DNA from: Torpedo marmorata
Lineage: Eukaryota
DNA length: 64,000 nt
Direction of reading: 5' to 3'
Assembly: GCA_977017645.1 (NCBI GenBank)
Contig: OZ360246.1
Coordinates: forward strand, 30,876,001 to 30,940,000
Positions 1-11,908 of the stretch are shown here, one piece after another. The position numbers and the translations under genes are program-made. The first letter of the stretch is position 1. The number at the start of each line of letters is the position of its first letter. The notes under the pieces were generated by a model, which worked only from the letters and a program-made list of their open reading frames with translations, searched no databases and was not told where the DNA came from.

Positions 1-259
1 AAACCTAACTATTGAACTCGACAGGGAATCTGTGATCCTCTTCTCTGCATGTACACTTTCAACTACTCAATTAAACATTTCCGATGCAACAAATTTGTTG
101 TTGATTTTGAAACATACCTAAACAATACATACACTTAAAAATGAACTGAATGACACATTGATTTACAAGTATGATATTTTCACTTCTGACATTGAAATTC
201 AAATTTTACAGAAGAAAATTACTCCTCAGTGCAAGCTGTATATGGGAGTAACATAAACC

Positions 260-2005
260 GAAAAGTTGAAGTGGATCTTAACAGATGGACGGCACTGCCA
301 ATAACACTTATTGGCAGGGTCAATTGTATAAAAATGAATATATTGCCACGGATCCCATATCTTTTCCAAACACTACCTATACCATTGCCTCAAGGGTTCT
401 TTCAAGAATTAAATAAATATATCAGGAAGTTCATTTGGAGAGGTAAGGTAGCCAGAGTCTCCACGGAAAAATTAACATGGAGATATGAACTGGGAGGTTT
501 ACAACTTCCAGATTTCAAAAAATATTATTGGGCAGCCCAAATGAAATTTGTCACCTCCTTCTTTGAAGGGGAAGAAAAGCCTTCCTGGGTAAAGATGAAA
601 CTGCATAAGGTGGGAGAGAAGATAGCAGAAGACTTTATATACAAATGGGATAAAAAATTAATATCCGGTGTGAAAGAAACCCCCCTGCTGAAACATATAA
701 TTGATACCTGGTATAAAATAAATTATCAAATTGGGAATAAGGGGAGGTTATCTCAAAAAACGCCCCTGGCTCAATATAGGTGTATACCTTTTACAATGGA
801 TAATAAGATCCTGGACGCCTGGTCCCGGAAAGGGATCAGATGTGTCGAGGATTGCTACGAGCAGGGACAACTTATGTCATTTGAACAATTAAAAAATAAG
901 TATGGTATTATGAATAATACACTCTTCTGCTATTTCCAGCTGAGATCTTACTTAAGGGATAAATTGGGCCCATCAATGACCCTACCCGGAATGCAGTGAA
1001 GTGGAGACTTTGATTCGAAAGGGGATCAAAAAGAAGTTTATTTCAGCAGCCTATCTTTTACTACAAAAAGGAACCCCTAAACAGGGGCTACATAGATCTA
1101 GACAGAGATGGGAATCAGACTTGGATATAATAATTAATGAACAAAACTGGTCCGACTTTTGTCGGGACAGTATGAAAATCACAATAAATGTGAGATACAG
1201 ACTGGTGCAATACAGTTTTTTGCACCAGTTGTATCTCACGCCACAAAAATTGAATACATTTAAATCAGAAATATCAGATAACTGTTTTAGATGCGGAAAA
1301 GAAATAGGAACGTTTTTGCATTTAACCTGGTCATGCCCCAAAGTAAAACCTTTCTGGACAGACTTAGGGAAACTCTTAGAAAAAATTACAGAAATTCAGT
1401 TCCCACAACGCCCAGAATTATTTCTATTGGGTAATATCTCCGGCTTAAGACCTTTGATGAGGCTGTCAAAATTTCAAATAAAATTTGTGGAGATCGCATT
1501 GGCGGTGGCCAGAAAATGTATAGCGGTCACATGGAAGTCTGATTCCCATCTAGGTATGACAAGATGGAATGAGGAAATGTACAGTTGTGTTCCCCTTGAG
1601 AAGATTACCTATAATCTTAGAAATAGATATGATATATTTTTAAAGATTTAGACTCCATATTTACAACACATGACTGTAAATCTATAACCAGGCCCCCCCT
1701 TGCCCCCAGGACCTATGTCCATTTCCTCTTCAGAAATCCGAGTATGCCAAGTAATTTAAGCCCGCGGGGTGGGCAACGAGCCTCCAACGTCTTCTTTCCT
1801 TTTCTATTTCAACCTTTTCTTATTCTATTCCTCTCTTTTCTTTCATTTTGGGGGGAATTGGGTGGGTGGGCTTTCCTTTGTTTATAGTTTTGTTGTCTTT
1901 TAGTATAATAGTCAACAGACGAATATTATATTTGATGATGTATTATTTTTGTTATTGATAATATGTTTGGCTTTAAAAAATACAAATAAAATATTCAAAA
2001 AAAAA
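260..2005 (+). mobile_element. 5'-truncated L1-clade LINE (3' part of ORF2, 3'UTR, polyA)
   Basis: ORFs 229-999 and 1001-1651 give L1 ORF2 motifs (GRVNCIKMNILPRI.YLFQ, GGLQLPDF..YYWA, CCHC knuckle CFRC..GTFLHLTWSC) split by one frameshift; AATAAA 1985-1990; A-tail 1997-2005; perfect 16-bp TSD GGGAGTAACATAAACC at 244-259 and 2006-2021. Confidence 0.93.
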
Positions 2006-2790
2006 GGGAGTAACATAAACCAGGGTTATCCAAGTGCAACTCTAAGTACATATTGATTCACAACCAACACTAACTGAAATGTCAATCTCAGAAGGATACA
2101 ATGGTTCATTTAGGGAAACAAAATATCTGCAAAGATGCACTGCATGGTAATCTGAATACACTGAAGTCTTAAGAAGGAAAAAAATAACGGCTTTAATTCA
2201 TCATCCAAAATAAGAGCAGCTGCTGCAGAGTGTGAGAGTCAATGAACACAATATGAAGGGGTCTTGGTGACCACATCTGTTGTCTATGCTGCTCAAGGAA
2301 CTTAGGCTTCGAGTTCATGAGCTGGGTTCTGAGATTCTGACACTGCAATGAATAAAATAGGGTAAAGATACCTGTTTATTTTGTTTTGGGATGCAGTCAT
2401 AGACATTAGATTAATCACTGTGGAATGGTAAGTCACATGGAAAAGGAGCAAAAACTGCAATGTAGATGAGCATAATGTTCACAGAAATTGTGGATCTGTG
2501 GAATTCACTGCCTAAGGAAGCATTAGAGACTGCCTCATTAGATACATTTAAGACACAGTTAGATTTTTGCAAGGTAGGGAAATTAAGGGTTTTTGTGGAG
2601 TTAATGCTTCTCCAAGCTACAGTATCTGTGTTCGGAGACCACAGTCTCAAAATCAAGGGTGGACATTCAGGACTGAGATTTTATTCTATCGAATCTGCAG
2701 TAGTGTTTATATTAGGTAAGCCAATACTAATAACCTCGTGTGAGACCACACCTTGAGTTGTTGTGTGCAGTTTTGTTCTACAGCTCATAC

Positions 2791-2887
2791 CTTGGTCCAA
2801 CTGCCCCAGGCCAAAAAACTGCAACAGCTTCAGCAGGAGCTTCTCTTCGATTTGAACTGTCAGCTTCCGCACTGTGATCATGAGGTG
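2791..2887 (-). CDS. VPS13D: VPS13D coding exon (window exon 28 of 28): HLMITVRKLTVQIEEKLLLKLLQFFGLGQLDQ
   Basis: ttcag acceptor, G|GTATGA donor; 97 nt, phase 0 to 1; matches recalled VPS13D HLMITAQRFTVQIEEKLLLKLL. Confidence 0.93.
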
Positions 2888-3949
2888 CTGAAGATAGAGA
2901 AATGTAACACAATAACCTAATAAACATAAGTTACGTCATAGTTAGCCAACTGCAGGTGAAAGAGGAGAATAGAAGAAAGAGAAATTCTGGAGTTGAGTTT
3001 TCTTTCTTTATCCACGCTTAAATGTGACTTAAAAACAAATTCATTTTCTGAATTCTGCTAAATATCACTTTATTTGCACCAAATTTTGTTCCTGGGTTGC
3101 AACTTCAGCTGAAATTCTTTGATTATTTTTATTGGATGGAGACCAATAGCACCTCTACTTTTAGTCATCTTCTCATCACGCTCCAAAACAATTTATAGAT
3201 AGGAAAAGGGCTAGGTATCTCCCTCCTATGACCTTTGTAACCAGTTACTAGTTTGTGTCAGTTCCACCAATATTCTTACCCATGATATGAGAAAATTGCT
3301 TATTCCTACCCCGAGGTCAAATGAGGATGAACTTGTATTTCTGCTTCCAACCACACTGCTATGTTTTTACAACAGCAATACATTTTTCTGTGTATTGCAG
3401 TTTGGAGTGATGTCAGTAGCACCCCCCCCCAAAAAAAATCAAGAGAAAACACTATAATGCAACAAGCTATGCCGAAGAATCCATAACTTAGTAATAATTT
3501 CTGTCAGTCTAAAATTAAACAGACATTCACCTGTGTTAGTGTTATCATTCATCCAAACAACCATGATATACTGAGTTGATTGCTTGGATTAATGGTAGAA
3601 CAACTACAACCAGAAATTCTTAGCCAGATTTTGCAAGATGTTGTTGGGGAGTAGGGAGGGTGTGGGTATTATTGATAATCCATGATCTGCACTTATTACA
3701 ATGGTGAAATATATTGTATTTGCTGTCATCACACTGTGAAACTGAAAAGTTTATTTCTTGTGATTTCTACCCATTTCTAGTTTAATGTGGAAATCCTGAA
3801 GTTGTTATCAGTGATTTAGCGTTCTTTCACAATTTGCACAATTTTGAGACCACCTTCTTTGCTATTCAAGGAAACAAATTAATTGACAAATTGCTATCAC
3901 ATTATAAAATACTCTGGAAAATATTACATTTATTACCTGAGTAAGAGTG

Positions 3950-4807
3950 CTCACTGCTCTACTTGCTCTACACCCATGACTGTGTGACAATTCGAATATC
4001 ATCTACAAATTTACCGATGACACCACGGTCGTGGGCAGAATCACAGTCGGCAATGAGGAAGTGTACGGGGGGAGATAGATAAGCTAGTTGAGTGGTGTCA
4101 CAACATCAACCTTGCACTCAAAATTAGCAAAAGGAGCTGATTGTGGACTTCAGGAAGGGGAAATCAGGAGAACACAAACTCATCGAGGGGTCAGCAATGG
4201 AAAGGGTTAAGAACTTCAAATTCCTGGGTGTCAACTTCTCTGCAGATCTGTCCTGGGGCCTCCATGTTGATGTAATCACGAAGAAGGTTCGGCATCAGCA
4301 ATACTTAATGAGGAGCTTGATGAGATTTGGTATGTCACCAAAGATTCTTGAAAATTTCTACAGGTGTACTGTGGAGAGCATTCTGACCAGTTGCATCACT
4401 GTCTGGTATGGAAGTGCCACTGGACAGGAAAAGACTACAGAGAGTTGTGAACTCGGCCAGCACCATCATGGTCATCACTCCATCGAGGCCATCTACAAGA
4501 GGCGGTGTCTTAAGAAAGCAGCCTCTATCCTCAAGGACCCTCAACACCCAGGCCATGCCCTCTTCACACTGCAATCATCAGGAAGGAGGTACAGGAGCCT
4601 GAAGACAAACACCCAGCAGCACAATAACAGTTTCTTCCCCTCGGCCATCAGATTTCTGAACGGACAATGATTCATAGACACTACCTCACTTTCTACTCTT
4701 TTTGCACTAATTTATTTTTTAAATGTAATTTATAGCAATATTTGCACCTGTAATGCTGCAGCAAAACAATGAATTTCGTGACATGTTCATGACAATAAAT
4801 TCTGATT
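3950..4807 (+). mobile_element. Rex1/Babar-clade LINE 3' fragment
   Basis: YTHDC..KFTDDTTVVG RT motif, ORF 4143-4670 (FKFLGV, FYRCTVESILT.CITVWYG, SFFP.AIR.LN), tail AATAAATTCTGATT. Confidence 0.88.
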
Positions 4808-5737
4808 CCTGTTTGGAAATGCAAAATCCTCATGGTGAAAAGCATTGTTCGAATTGAAATCTGATTAGTACCACTACTATATCAAGGACATAGCCTGGAA
4901 AGAAACTTATTTGCTCTCATACCCACTTCATAGGGAGGGAGATTTTGTGAAAAAGAGAGGAAATCAGATTGAAGAACAACAACCTTGGCTGAAAGCCCCC
5001 AAGGAAGAGAAGGTTTAGTCCAGAGTCTCTATTGTGAAACTGCTAGATAAAGCAACCTTTCTTTCATTGAGACACCAAAGCCTTCATAATTAACTACTAT
5101 TTAAGATGGATGACTGGGATTCCATATGCATGAACATCATACTCTCTGGATTTTACAGAATGTCATCGCCACCTGGTGATCACCCTGGCTGTACATAAAG
5201 AAGTCACTTCTCAAGCCTCAGTGGAGTTGGAAGCCATCCAGATTGTTTCACAAACAAAATTATACATTGGCAGGTTATTCTGCAATGATAGTACTTTCCA
5301 GCCAAATCTGATCATGACCTCACTTGATATCCATACTCAAGTCTATTATTGCCAAGGCCAGCTGCTAGCGATTAATCCTAGCTAAGTGCTCCTGCATTCA
5401 GAGATGCTAAGATTAATCAAAGGACTAAAATTTGTATCTCAGTTGAGATCTTCTAAATCAATCTGGGGATCAAACCTAAGTTCCTATAGTTCTCATACTT
5501 TTGATGCACATCACTTAACATCTGTACACATCAGCAGTTTGAGCTAGAAGGCTTTTTCTTTGCTGGATGCTTCTAGGGGTGGCAGGAAATTTGTGTCATA
5601 TGGACAGGTTGATTCAATACCCTGCTTCTTTGCTATACATTCCATGAAATTCTATGTATCATTGGATGTTTCATTATATAAATATGGGTCTAGTCAATAT
5701 TTGGTATACTGGAGAAGCTGATTTAATCAGGACTCAC

Positions 5738-5893
5738 CTTGAAGAGTTCAGTCAGTGCACTCCTGCTTGGGATCTTCATAGCATTGATCTGAACAGCAGG
5801 ACCAGATTCAACGGTTTCTGTTTTACTTTCAGGGGTGTTGGGTGTTAGGGAGAGGATCACAGGTTGTGTTGTTCCCAAAAGTTGGTTATCAAT
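5738..5893 (-). CDS. VPS13D: VPS13D coding exon 27: IDNQLLGTTQPVILSLTPNTPESKTETVESGPAVQINAMKIPSRSALTELFK
   Basis: cacaag acceptor, AAG|GTGAGT donor; 156 nt, phase 0/0; conserved DNQL motif. Confidence 0.92.
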
Positions 5894-6502
5894 CTTGTGA
5901 CAAACAGAAGGAAGCAAAAGTCTTAGTAACATTAAATATTTAATACTAAAGGAGAATTTTTCCTTGTACAAACAAACATTTTCAAAGGAGTGCTTTTTCA
6001 CGATAAAATTGAATCAAACACCATATTTTTCAAAAACCAAGCCAAATCGAACACATTGAGAATTTGCCAGTTGTCCTCTCATTTCCAAGACATAATACAT
6101 CTTGAAGGATCCAATTGTTCTGATACCAACTGTAAATGTTGATGGACTGCTTCATCATGGATGCATCATAATTTACAGTGCTTCAACACCGTTTCTTGCT
6201 TTTGGTTTGAAGATCCAAAACTGATCTCACTGCCTTCCTCTCCATACAGCTAAGTATTTTATTTCTGTAATAACGCGAAAAAAATTACAGCTACATAACT
6301 CTGCCCCTCACCCTTTATATCAGCGAGTTATTCTCATGCTCCAGCTATTTTGAGTTGTTTGCATCCTTGCCTAGTCTTGGATTTGTATCATAGGGCAGGA
6401 AGAACAAGCTGGCAGCCTTTATTGTTTGTATCAGCTTTGGATCTGCTTTCAAAATATCCACGTTGGGGCTTTCGACTGCTCAATATAAATATGTTTGATT
6501 AC

Positions 6503-6652
6503 CTGTACATCCTGAATGCTGACTTCTAGCATCTGACCAGTAGAAACCTTTGTGTAATGAACATCTATCCCTGTTAAAGTGGTAAATACCAATTCCTCAG
6601 GGACTTTGTTGATCAACGATAAACCAACTCCACCATCCAGTTTGACTAAAAC
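6503..6652 (-). CDS. VPS13D: VPS13D coding exon 26: VLVKLDGGVGLSLINKVPEELVFTTLTGIDVHYTKVSTGQMLEVSIQDVQ
   Basis: ttgcag acceptor, CAG|GTAATC donor; 150 nt, phase 0/0. Confidence 0.95.
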
Positions 6653-6789
6653 CTGCAAATTAACAAAAAATGTAGGATTAAAAAAAGTTAAAATATTTAA
6701 TTCAATCAAATATGATTTACTTCAAAGTGGCTGTATAGAATTATTTACTCTCCAAAGGTATAAATTCTTTTTATTTTCTAATTTTTATA

Positions 6790-6850
6790 TAGACACACAG
6801 TACAGTAACAGGCCATTTCGGCCCACGAGTCCGTGCCACCCAATTTAAAC
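6790..6850 (-). mobile_element. SINE 3' fragment (same family as 7748-7992)
   Basis: Reverse complement of the ...GCACGGACTCGTGGGCCGAAATGGCCTGTTAC.. SINE tail. Confidence 0.7.
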
Positions 6851-7099
6851 CTACAGATATGGAATTTTACAACCTAAAGGCCAATTTATGTATGAGCCTT
6901 GCATAAAATACAAATGGATCATTGAAGTCAGCCATAATTGGGTCTTAACCCAATATTCACACATTTGAGAGGTCACTAAACAGAAACAGGAAATGGCTGA
7001 TTTAAAAAAGAAACCAGTTTGTATGATCTGTTAATGCAATACCACAAGGAACGTTCATTCCACTGATCATGGGAATTCTTTGACGGTGCATGTTTTGCA

Positions 7100-7670
7100 G
7101 CAATTATACAGGGCCTCAGTGAGACCACACCTTGAGTGTTGTGTGCAGTTTTGTTCTCCTTATCTGAGGAAGGATGTTCTTGCTCTGGATGGAGTTTCAT
7201 GAAAGTTCACTAGACTGTTTCCTGCGAAGGCAGGACTGACACAAAAAGAGAAATGAGGTCAATTGGACACATTTAATTACACTTAGAAGAATGAGAAGGG
7301 ATCTCAGAAACCGACAAAATTCTAAAAGGATCAGACAGATTTGATGCAGAAAGGTTGTTCCTGCTAAATAAGTACAGGACCAGGGCTCACGGTCTAAGGA
7401 TATGGAGTGTCATTTAAAATTGAGATGAAGAGAAATTTCTTCTCCTGGAGTGGTGAACTAGTGAAATTCTCTGCCATAGAAAGCAGCTGAAGTCCAATCA
7501 TTAAATATATTCACGAAGGAGTTTAAAATTGTGTTTAGGGGTAGAGGGATCAAGGGATATGGGAAGTAAACTGGAATAGGATACTTAAATTGGATGATCA
7601 GATGTAATCACATTAAATGGCAGGTAAGCTTGCAGGTTCAAATGGCTCATCCTATTCTGAATTTCTATTT
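7100..7670 (+). mobile_element. Decayed CR1-clade LINE 3' fragment
   Basis: RPHLE.CVQF.SP-like and RRMRGDL-like segments followed by a CR1-type 3'UTR; boundaries approximate. Confidence 0.75.
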
Positions 7671-7747
7671 TTCAGCATTCTATTTACAGTCCAACAGGAG
7701 GAAATGGGTAGGAAATGAAAGAAAGGAGGCTGCTGGAATAAACTCGA

Positions 7748-7992
7748 GGCAGCACGGTTGGCATAGCGGTTAGCACAATGCCTTTACAGTGCCAGCGATC
7801 GGGACCGGGGTTCGAATCCCGTGCTGTCTGCAAGGAGTTTGTACGTTCTCCCCATGTCTGCGTGGGTTTTTCCCAGGGGCTCCAGTTTCCTCCCACCATT
7901 CGTTAATTGGGTGCAAATTGGGCAGCACGGACTCGTGGGCCGAAATGGCCTGTTACCGTGCTGTATGTCTAAATTTAAATTTAAAATTTAAA
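7748..7992 (+). mobile_element. tRNA-derived SINE (V-SINE/HE1-like)
   Basis: A-box TGGCATAGCGG, B-box GGTTCGAATCC, V-domain GGAGTTTGTACGTTCTCCCC, CR1-like 3' end, (TTTAAA)n tail. Confidence 0.88.
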
Positions 7993-8149
7993 TGGCACAT
8001 TTAAATAAATAAATACTCTAAAATTTCTCTCCAAGTAGGAGGAAAATTCATTACATCTTAGCTGTAGTGTTAAGTAGACATGGTATCATACCCACAGAAC
8101 AACAAATAGGTGATCATATGGCTTGATCTATCATTTGTGCCTATGCAAA

Positions 8150-8430
8150 ACAAAGCCGAATGCAGCAGCCAAATGCTGCTAAATTGAAATAATAAAAATG
8201 CTGGAAATACTTTGGTGGATAGAGTTAATGTTTCAGTTTGACAATCCATCAGACTAATCCTGAAATAAACAAAGAGAAATTGGGGGCACTCAGCAGGTTA
8301 GGCAGCATCCATGGAGAGAAAGGGTAACATTTGGGGTCAAGACCTTCTTTCAAGACCCTCACTGAGTTCTTTCAGCTTTTCTTCGTTTGCTCATGATTCC
8401 AGCATCGACAATTTCTTGCATCTTTCAGAC
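8150..8430. mobile_element. Decayed Penelope-pLTR-derived (MER6-like) remnants
   Basis: AATGCTGGAAATACT.. and ACTCAGCAGGTTAGGCAGCATC.. motifs shared with other pLTR copies in the window; degenerate. Confidence 0.55.
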
Positions 8431-8987
8431 TAATTCCACTCTCTTGCTCTCTTAATTCTCTAATTTTGGTTCAAATATTTATCAATTTTCCCTCAAAAAT
8501 TGTTTCTACGTGAACTCCTCCATAGCAAAGTATTCTCCACTCTAACGATCTCTAACTCTAAAAATAAATGTATTCATATCACTAAATATGAAAAAGGAAG
8601 AGGAGACATTTATTCTGGATATTCTTGTCATTCAGAATTGAAATAAATTGACTATTGTTCTGGCTGCTAAACACCAGAGATTAAATGTGGAATTTTTCAA
8701 ATCTATTTCCTTCTGCATCTCACCCATTCGAAAGAGGCATATAAGCACAATCAAGGGTTGTCTTTTGTCATTAATGTTTGCATGTTCAGGCAATATTGAT
8801 ACATTGGTTAGAATGTTGTTTTTGATTAATAGCTAGTAAATAAACTGCTAGTTTTATTTTGGTTTGTTCATAACTGGTAAATAAAATTGATGGCAATATT
8901 TTTCATGTTCCTCTGTGCTTGACATGGAGGTCAGAATCAAATGCTAAGGCAGATAACAATAAACATTGAAATGATGCAAAGACACAC

Positions 8988-9107
8988 CTCTAACTCTTGT
9001 TCAGCTTCCAAATTCTTCAACTTTCGAATTTCACCGACTTCAGTGACTGGATAATCTTCATTTCCTGTGAGGGAACGATTGGTTCTGCGATGCTGGAGAT
9101 CAGTAAT
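8988..9107 (-). CDS. VPS13D: VPS13D coding exon 25: ITDLQHRRTNRSLTGNEDYPVTEVGEIRKLKNLEAEQELE
   Basis: ttgcag acceptor, GAG|GTGTGT donor; 120 nt, phase 0/0. Confidence 0.92.
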
Positions 9108-10158
9108 CTGCAATATGCCAAATTGGTCACAAGACCAACTAAATGAGAAACCATTGATTGGTTCAGAAAGTATGGAACTAATGGGATCTGAGTGATTATG
9201 TAAAATTACAAGCAGAAAATGAAAACAAATTGTCATTCAATATTTCAGCAAAATCCACAAACCAAACGAACATTAAAAAATGCAGAGAAAGCACCAAGGA
9301 GTAAGGCCAATTTAATTTTTGGGTGTAAATCCTTGGTGAGAATTCAAAACTGAAAGACAAGTAAGGTGTCAGCACAGGAACTAGTGCAACATGTTGGAAG
9401 TATTTATTTTCAAGTATGATGTTTCTTTTCAACTGAGAGCCTTTCTGCTCTCTCGGATGAACCTAAAAGATCCAAAAGCACTTAGGCATATCTGTGACAA
9501 GTGTAGGAAGAAATTGAATTGGAATGAATGGACCAGAGCAGGAAAGACAGATGGAAAATGGAAGCAGTATTGCCGAAATCTCAGTTACAGCAGGAGCAAA
9601 AAATATTGGAGGCAATCAGCAACTATTTTCCCCACCTGAAAGGAAAACATAAGAGACATAATTAGAATCATAGTGTTGAGGAAACATAATTAATGGAGTA
9701 GCTTTTCAAGGGAAGAGATGGGTAATGACAAACTGACTGGACTGGTGTTTGAGTTAGAGGCGGCCGAGGTAATGGGTGGAGATATACAGAGATTGAACAT
9801 ACTGTAAACATCATTAAAATAGCAGAAACCATTAGAAGAATTATTGTTAGAGATGGGAGAGAGTGGATAAGAGGAAGGGATGAGGAAAATCATTCACGTA
9901 AAACGGAAGCAGATTTAAGCATCTGATCTTTTACTGAGACGACAGAAATGTAGTGTACAGGGTTGGCTCATGACAGTTGGAAGGAGGGGTAAGGATTCTT
10001 TTTCAGAGATAAAATGAATAACAAAGTCTGAAACTGTGTTTTGTTTAATGGGTGGAATTACAATCTACAGGAGAAAAAGCCATTGGTCACAATAATTATA
10101 TTCTACAAGGAGATATGAAGATGATACCTTTCAGTTAACATGCTTGTTATGAGCATAC

Positions 10159-10335
10159 CTGCAACACTCGTGTAGGACCATCAGGAATGACTCGCAAAGA
10201 AAGAACTCCTGAACCAGGTCTCATTTTCTGATTGATGAACTGCTGCTCCACCGGAATTGGCTCCAGGCCAAGGGCTGGTTCTGGACCAAGCACAACTTCT
10301 GCTCCATCGTACAAACCTGAAATACCTTTGGTTAC
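10159..10335 (-). CDS. VPS13D: VPS13D coding exon 24: VTKGISGLYDGAEVVLGPEPALGLEPIPVEQQFINQKMRPGSGVLSLRVIPDGPTRVLQ
   Basis: tttag acceptor, CAG|GTATGC donor; 177 nt; VPS13 DGPTRVL motif. Confidence 0.95.
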
Positions 10336-10769
10336 CTAAATAAATGATCACAGATTGGAGATTTTTTACAGCATACTCTCACAAAGACAGTAGAAAAGGT
10401 TCCAGTTAGTTCTAACCTATACTTGGCCAATATTCTGGGCATAAATGAGTTGAATACAGCTGCAGATTAGCAATAAACCACCCACGTGTAGTTCAGATGA
10501 GTTGGTTGATCATTTCAAATGCATATACAGCATTAAAAAACGGAATAACGTTTGTAAGACATATCCTGCTCCACACAAAGCCATGTTGACTGCCCCTGAT
10601 CTGGCAATGCTTTTCCAAATTGTGTGCAAATCCTATCCCTAAGAATCCTCTCCAATAGGCTCAACGGACTATAATTTCCTGGATTATCCTCTCCCTAGTC
10701 ATCCTCTTGTTTTTTATGCAAGTATAAAATACCTTGAGATTTTCTTCAATCCTGCTCAACAAGGACATT

Positions 10770-11086
10770 GTAAAAACACAATGCTGGAGAAACTCAGCTG
10801 GTCAAACAGTGTACTTTATATAGCAAAAGATAAAGATACATAACCAATGTTTCAGGCTTGAGCCCTTCATCAAGGTATGAACAAAATGTAGGCAGGCACC
10901 TACATTTAGGTATGAGCTAAATGTAGGCAGGTGCCTGTTCATACCTTGATGAAGGGCTCAAGCCTGAAAAGTTGATTATGTGTCTTTATCTTTGCTATAT
11001 AATGTACACTGTTTGACCAGCTGAGTTGCTCCAGCATTGTGTTTTTACTTCAACCACGGTGTCTGCAGACCTTCGTGTTTTACTTG
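10770..11086. mobile_element. Foldback non-autonomous Penelope-pLTR element inserted in an old minus-strand CR1
   Basis: About 110-bp inverted arms with a hammerhead-like motif; 12-bp TSD AACAAGGACATT at 10758-10769 and 11087-11098. Confidence 0.8.
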
Positions 11087-11605
11087 AACAAGGACATTTC
11101 ATGGTCTCTTTTGTCCTTCCTAATGCCTGAGATCTTTCTTACAATCTTTAGATTCTTCCTGGATCCTACCTGTGTTGAGCTTCCTTTTCTCTTTTCGATT
11201 AAAATCATATCCTATCATCATTCAAGGTTGCCTGTCCTTTTTCCTTGCTAGAATATGTGGTCCTTAATTGCCAATATATTCAAACAACAGACTATAAAGC
11301 CAGTTTAACTCTTAGTTTAATTATCTCAGCCGGTTGAGGCACTGCAGTTAGTCTTATTGTTCCTCGCCTTGACGAGGAGACAATGTATCATTTACTAATT
11401 CTAACTGAAACCTGCTGTCGCGGATATGAACAAAATCTGGATTAATGGTGAATTCCAAAATTTATTAATGAGTATGAAAAGTATTTCCAAAGACAAGATA
11501 CTGGAAAAAATACCCATGAGAAAGAAAAAAATGAAAATAACAAGAGTTTTATAGCTGAAACCTTGCATTGCATGAAGAATAACTGGCCTGTTTTCAACAT
11601 TATTT

Positions 11606-11908
11606 CTGAGTGAAACATGAAAGTCTGCAAATGCTGTGATTGTCGTCAAAACACAAAAATGCTGGAGGAACTCAGCTGGTCTTGCAGCATCCATAGGGGG
11701 TAAAGATATATTACTGAGCCGGTCTCGCAGCGTCCACAGGGGGTAAAGGTATATTACTGATCTTTCAGGCCTGGAAGGGCTCAGGCTCAAAACATCGGTA
11801 AGTTATCTTTACCTCCTATGGACGCTGCGAGACCGACTCGGTAATATATCTTTGCCTCCTATGGACGCTGTGAGACCAGCTGAGTTCCTCCAGCATTTCT
11901 GTGTTTTG
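11606..11908. mobile_element. Second foldback pLTR-derived element (different subfamily)
   Basis: Inverted arms with an internal ~40-bp duplication on each arm; 12-bp TSD TCAACATTATTT at 11594-11605 and 11909-11920. Confidence 0.78.

Noticed and set aside
7748-7830. tRNA genes at A/B-box sites (also 13464, 34020, 50160, 53620)
   Set aside because: These are SINE heads running into the V-domain and LINE-derived tail; no complete cloverleaf
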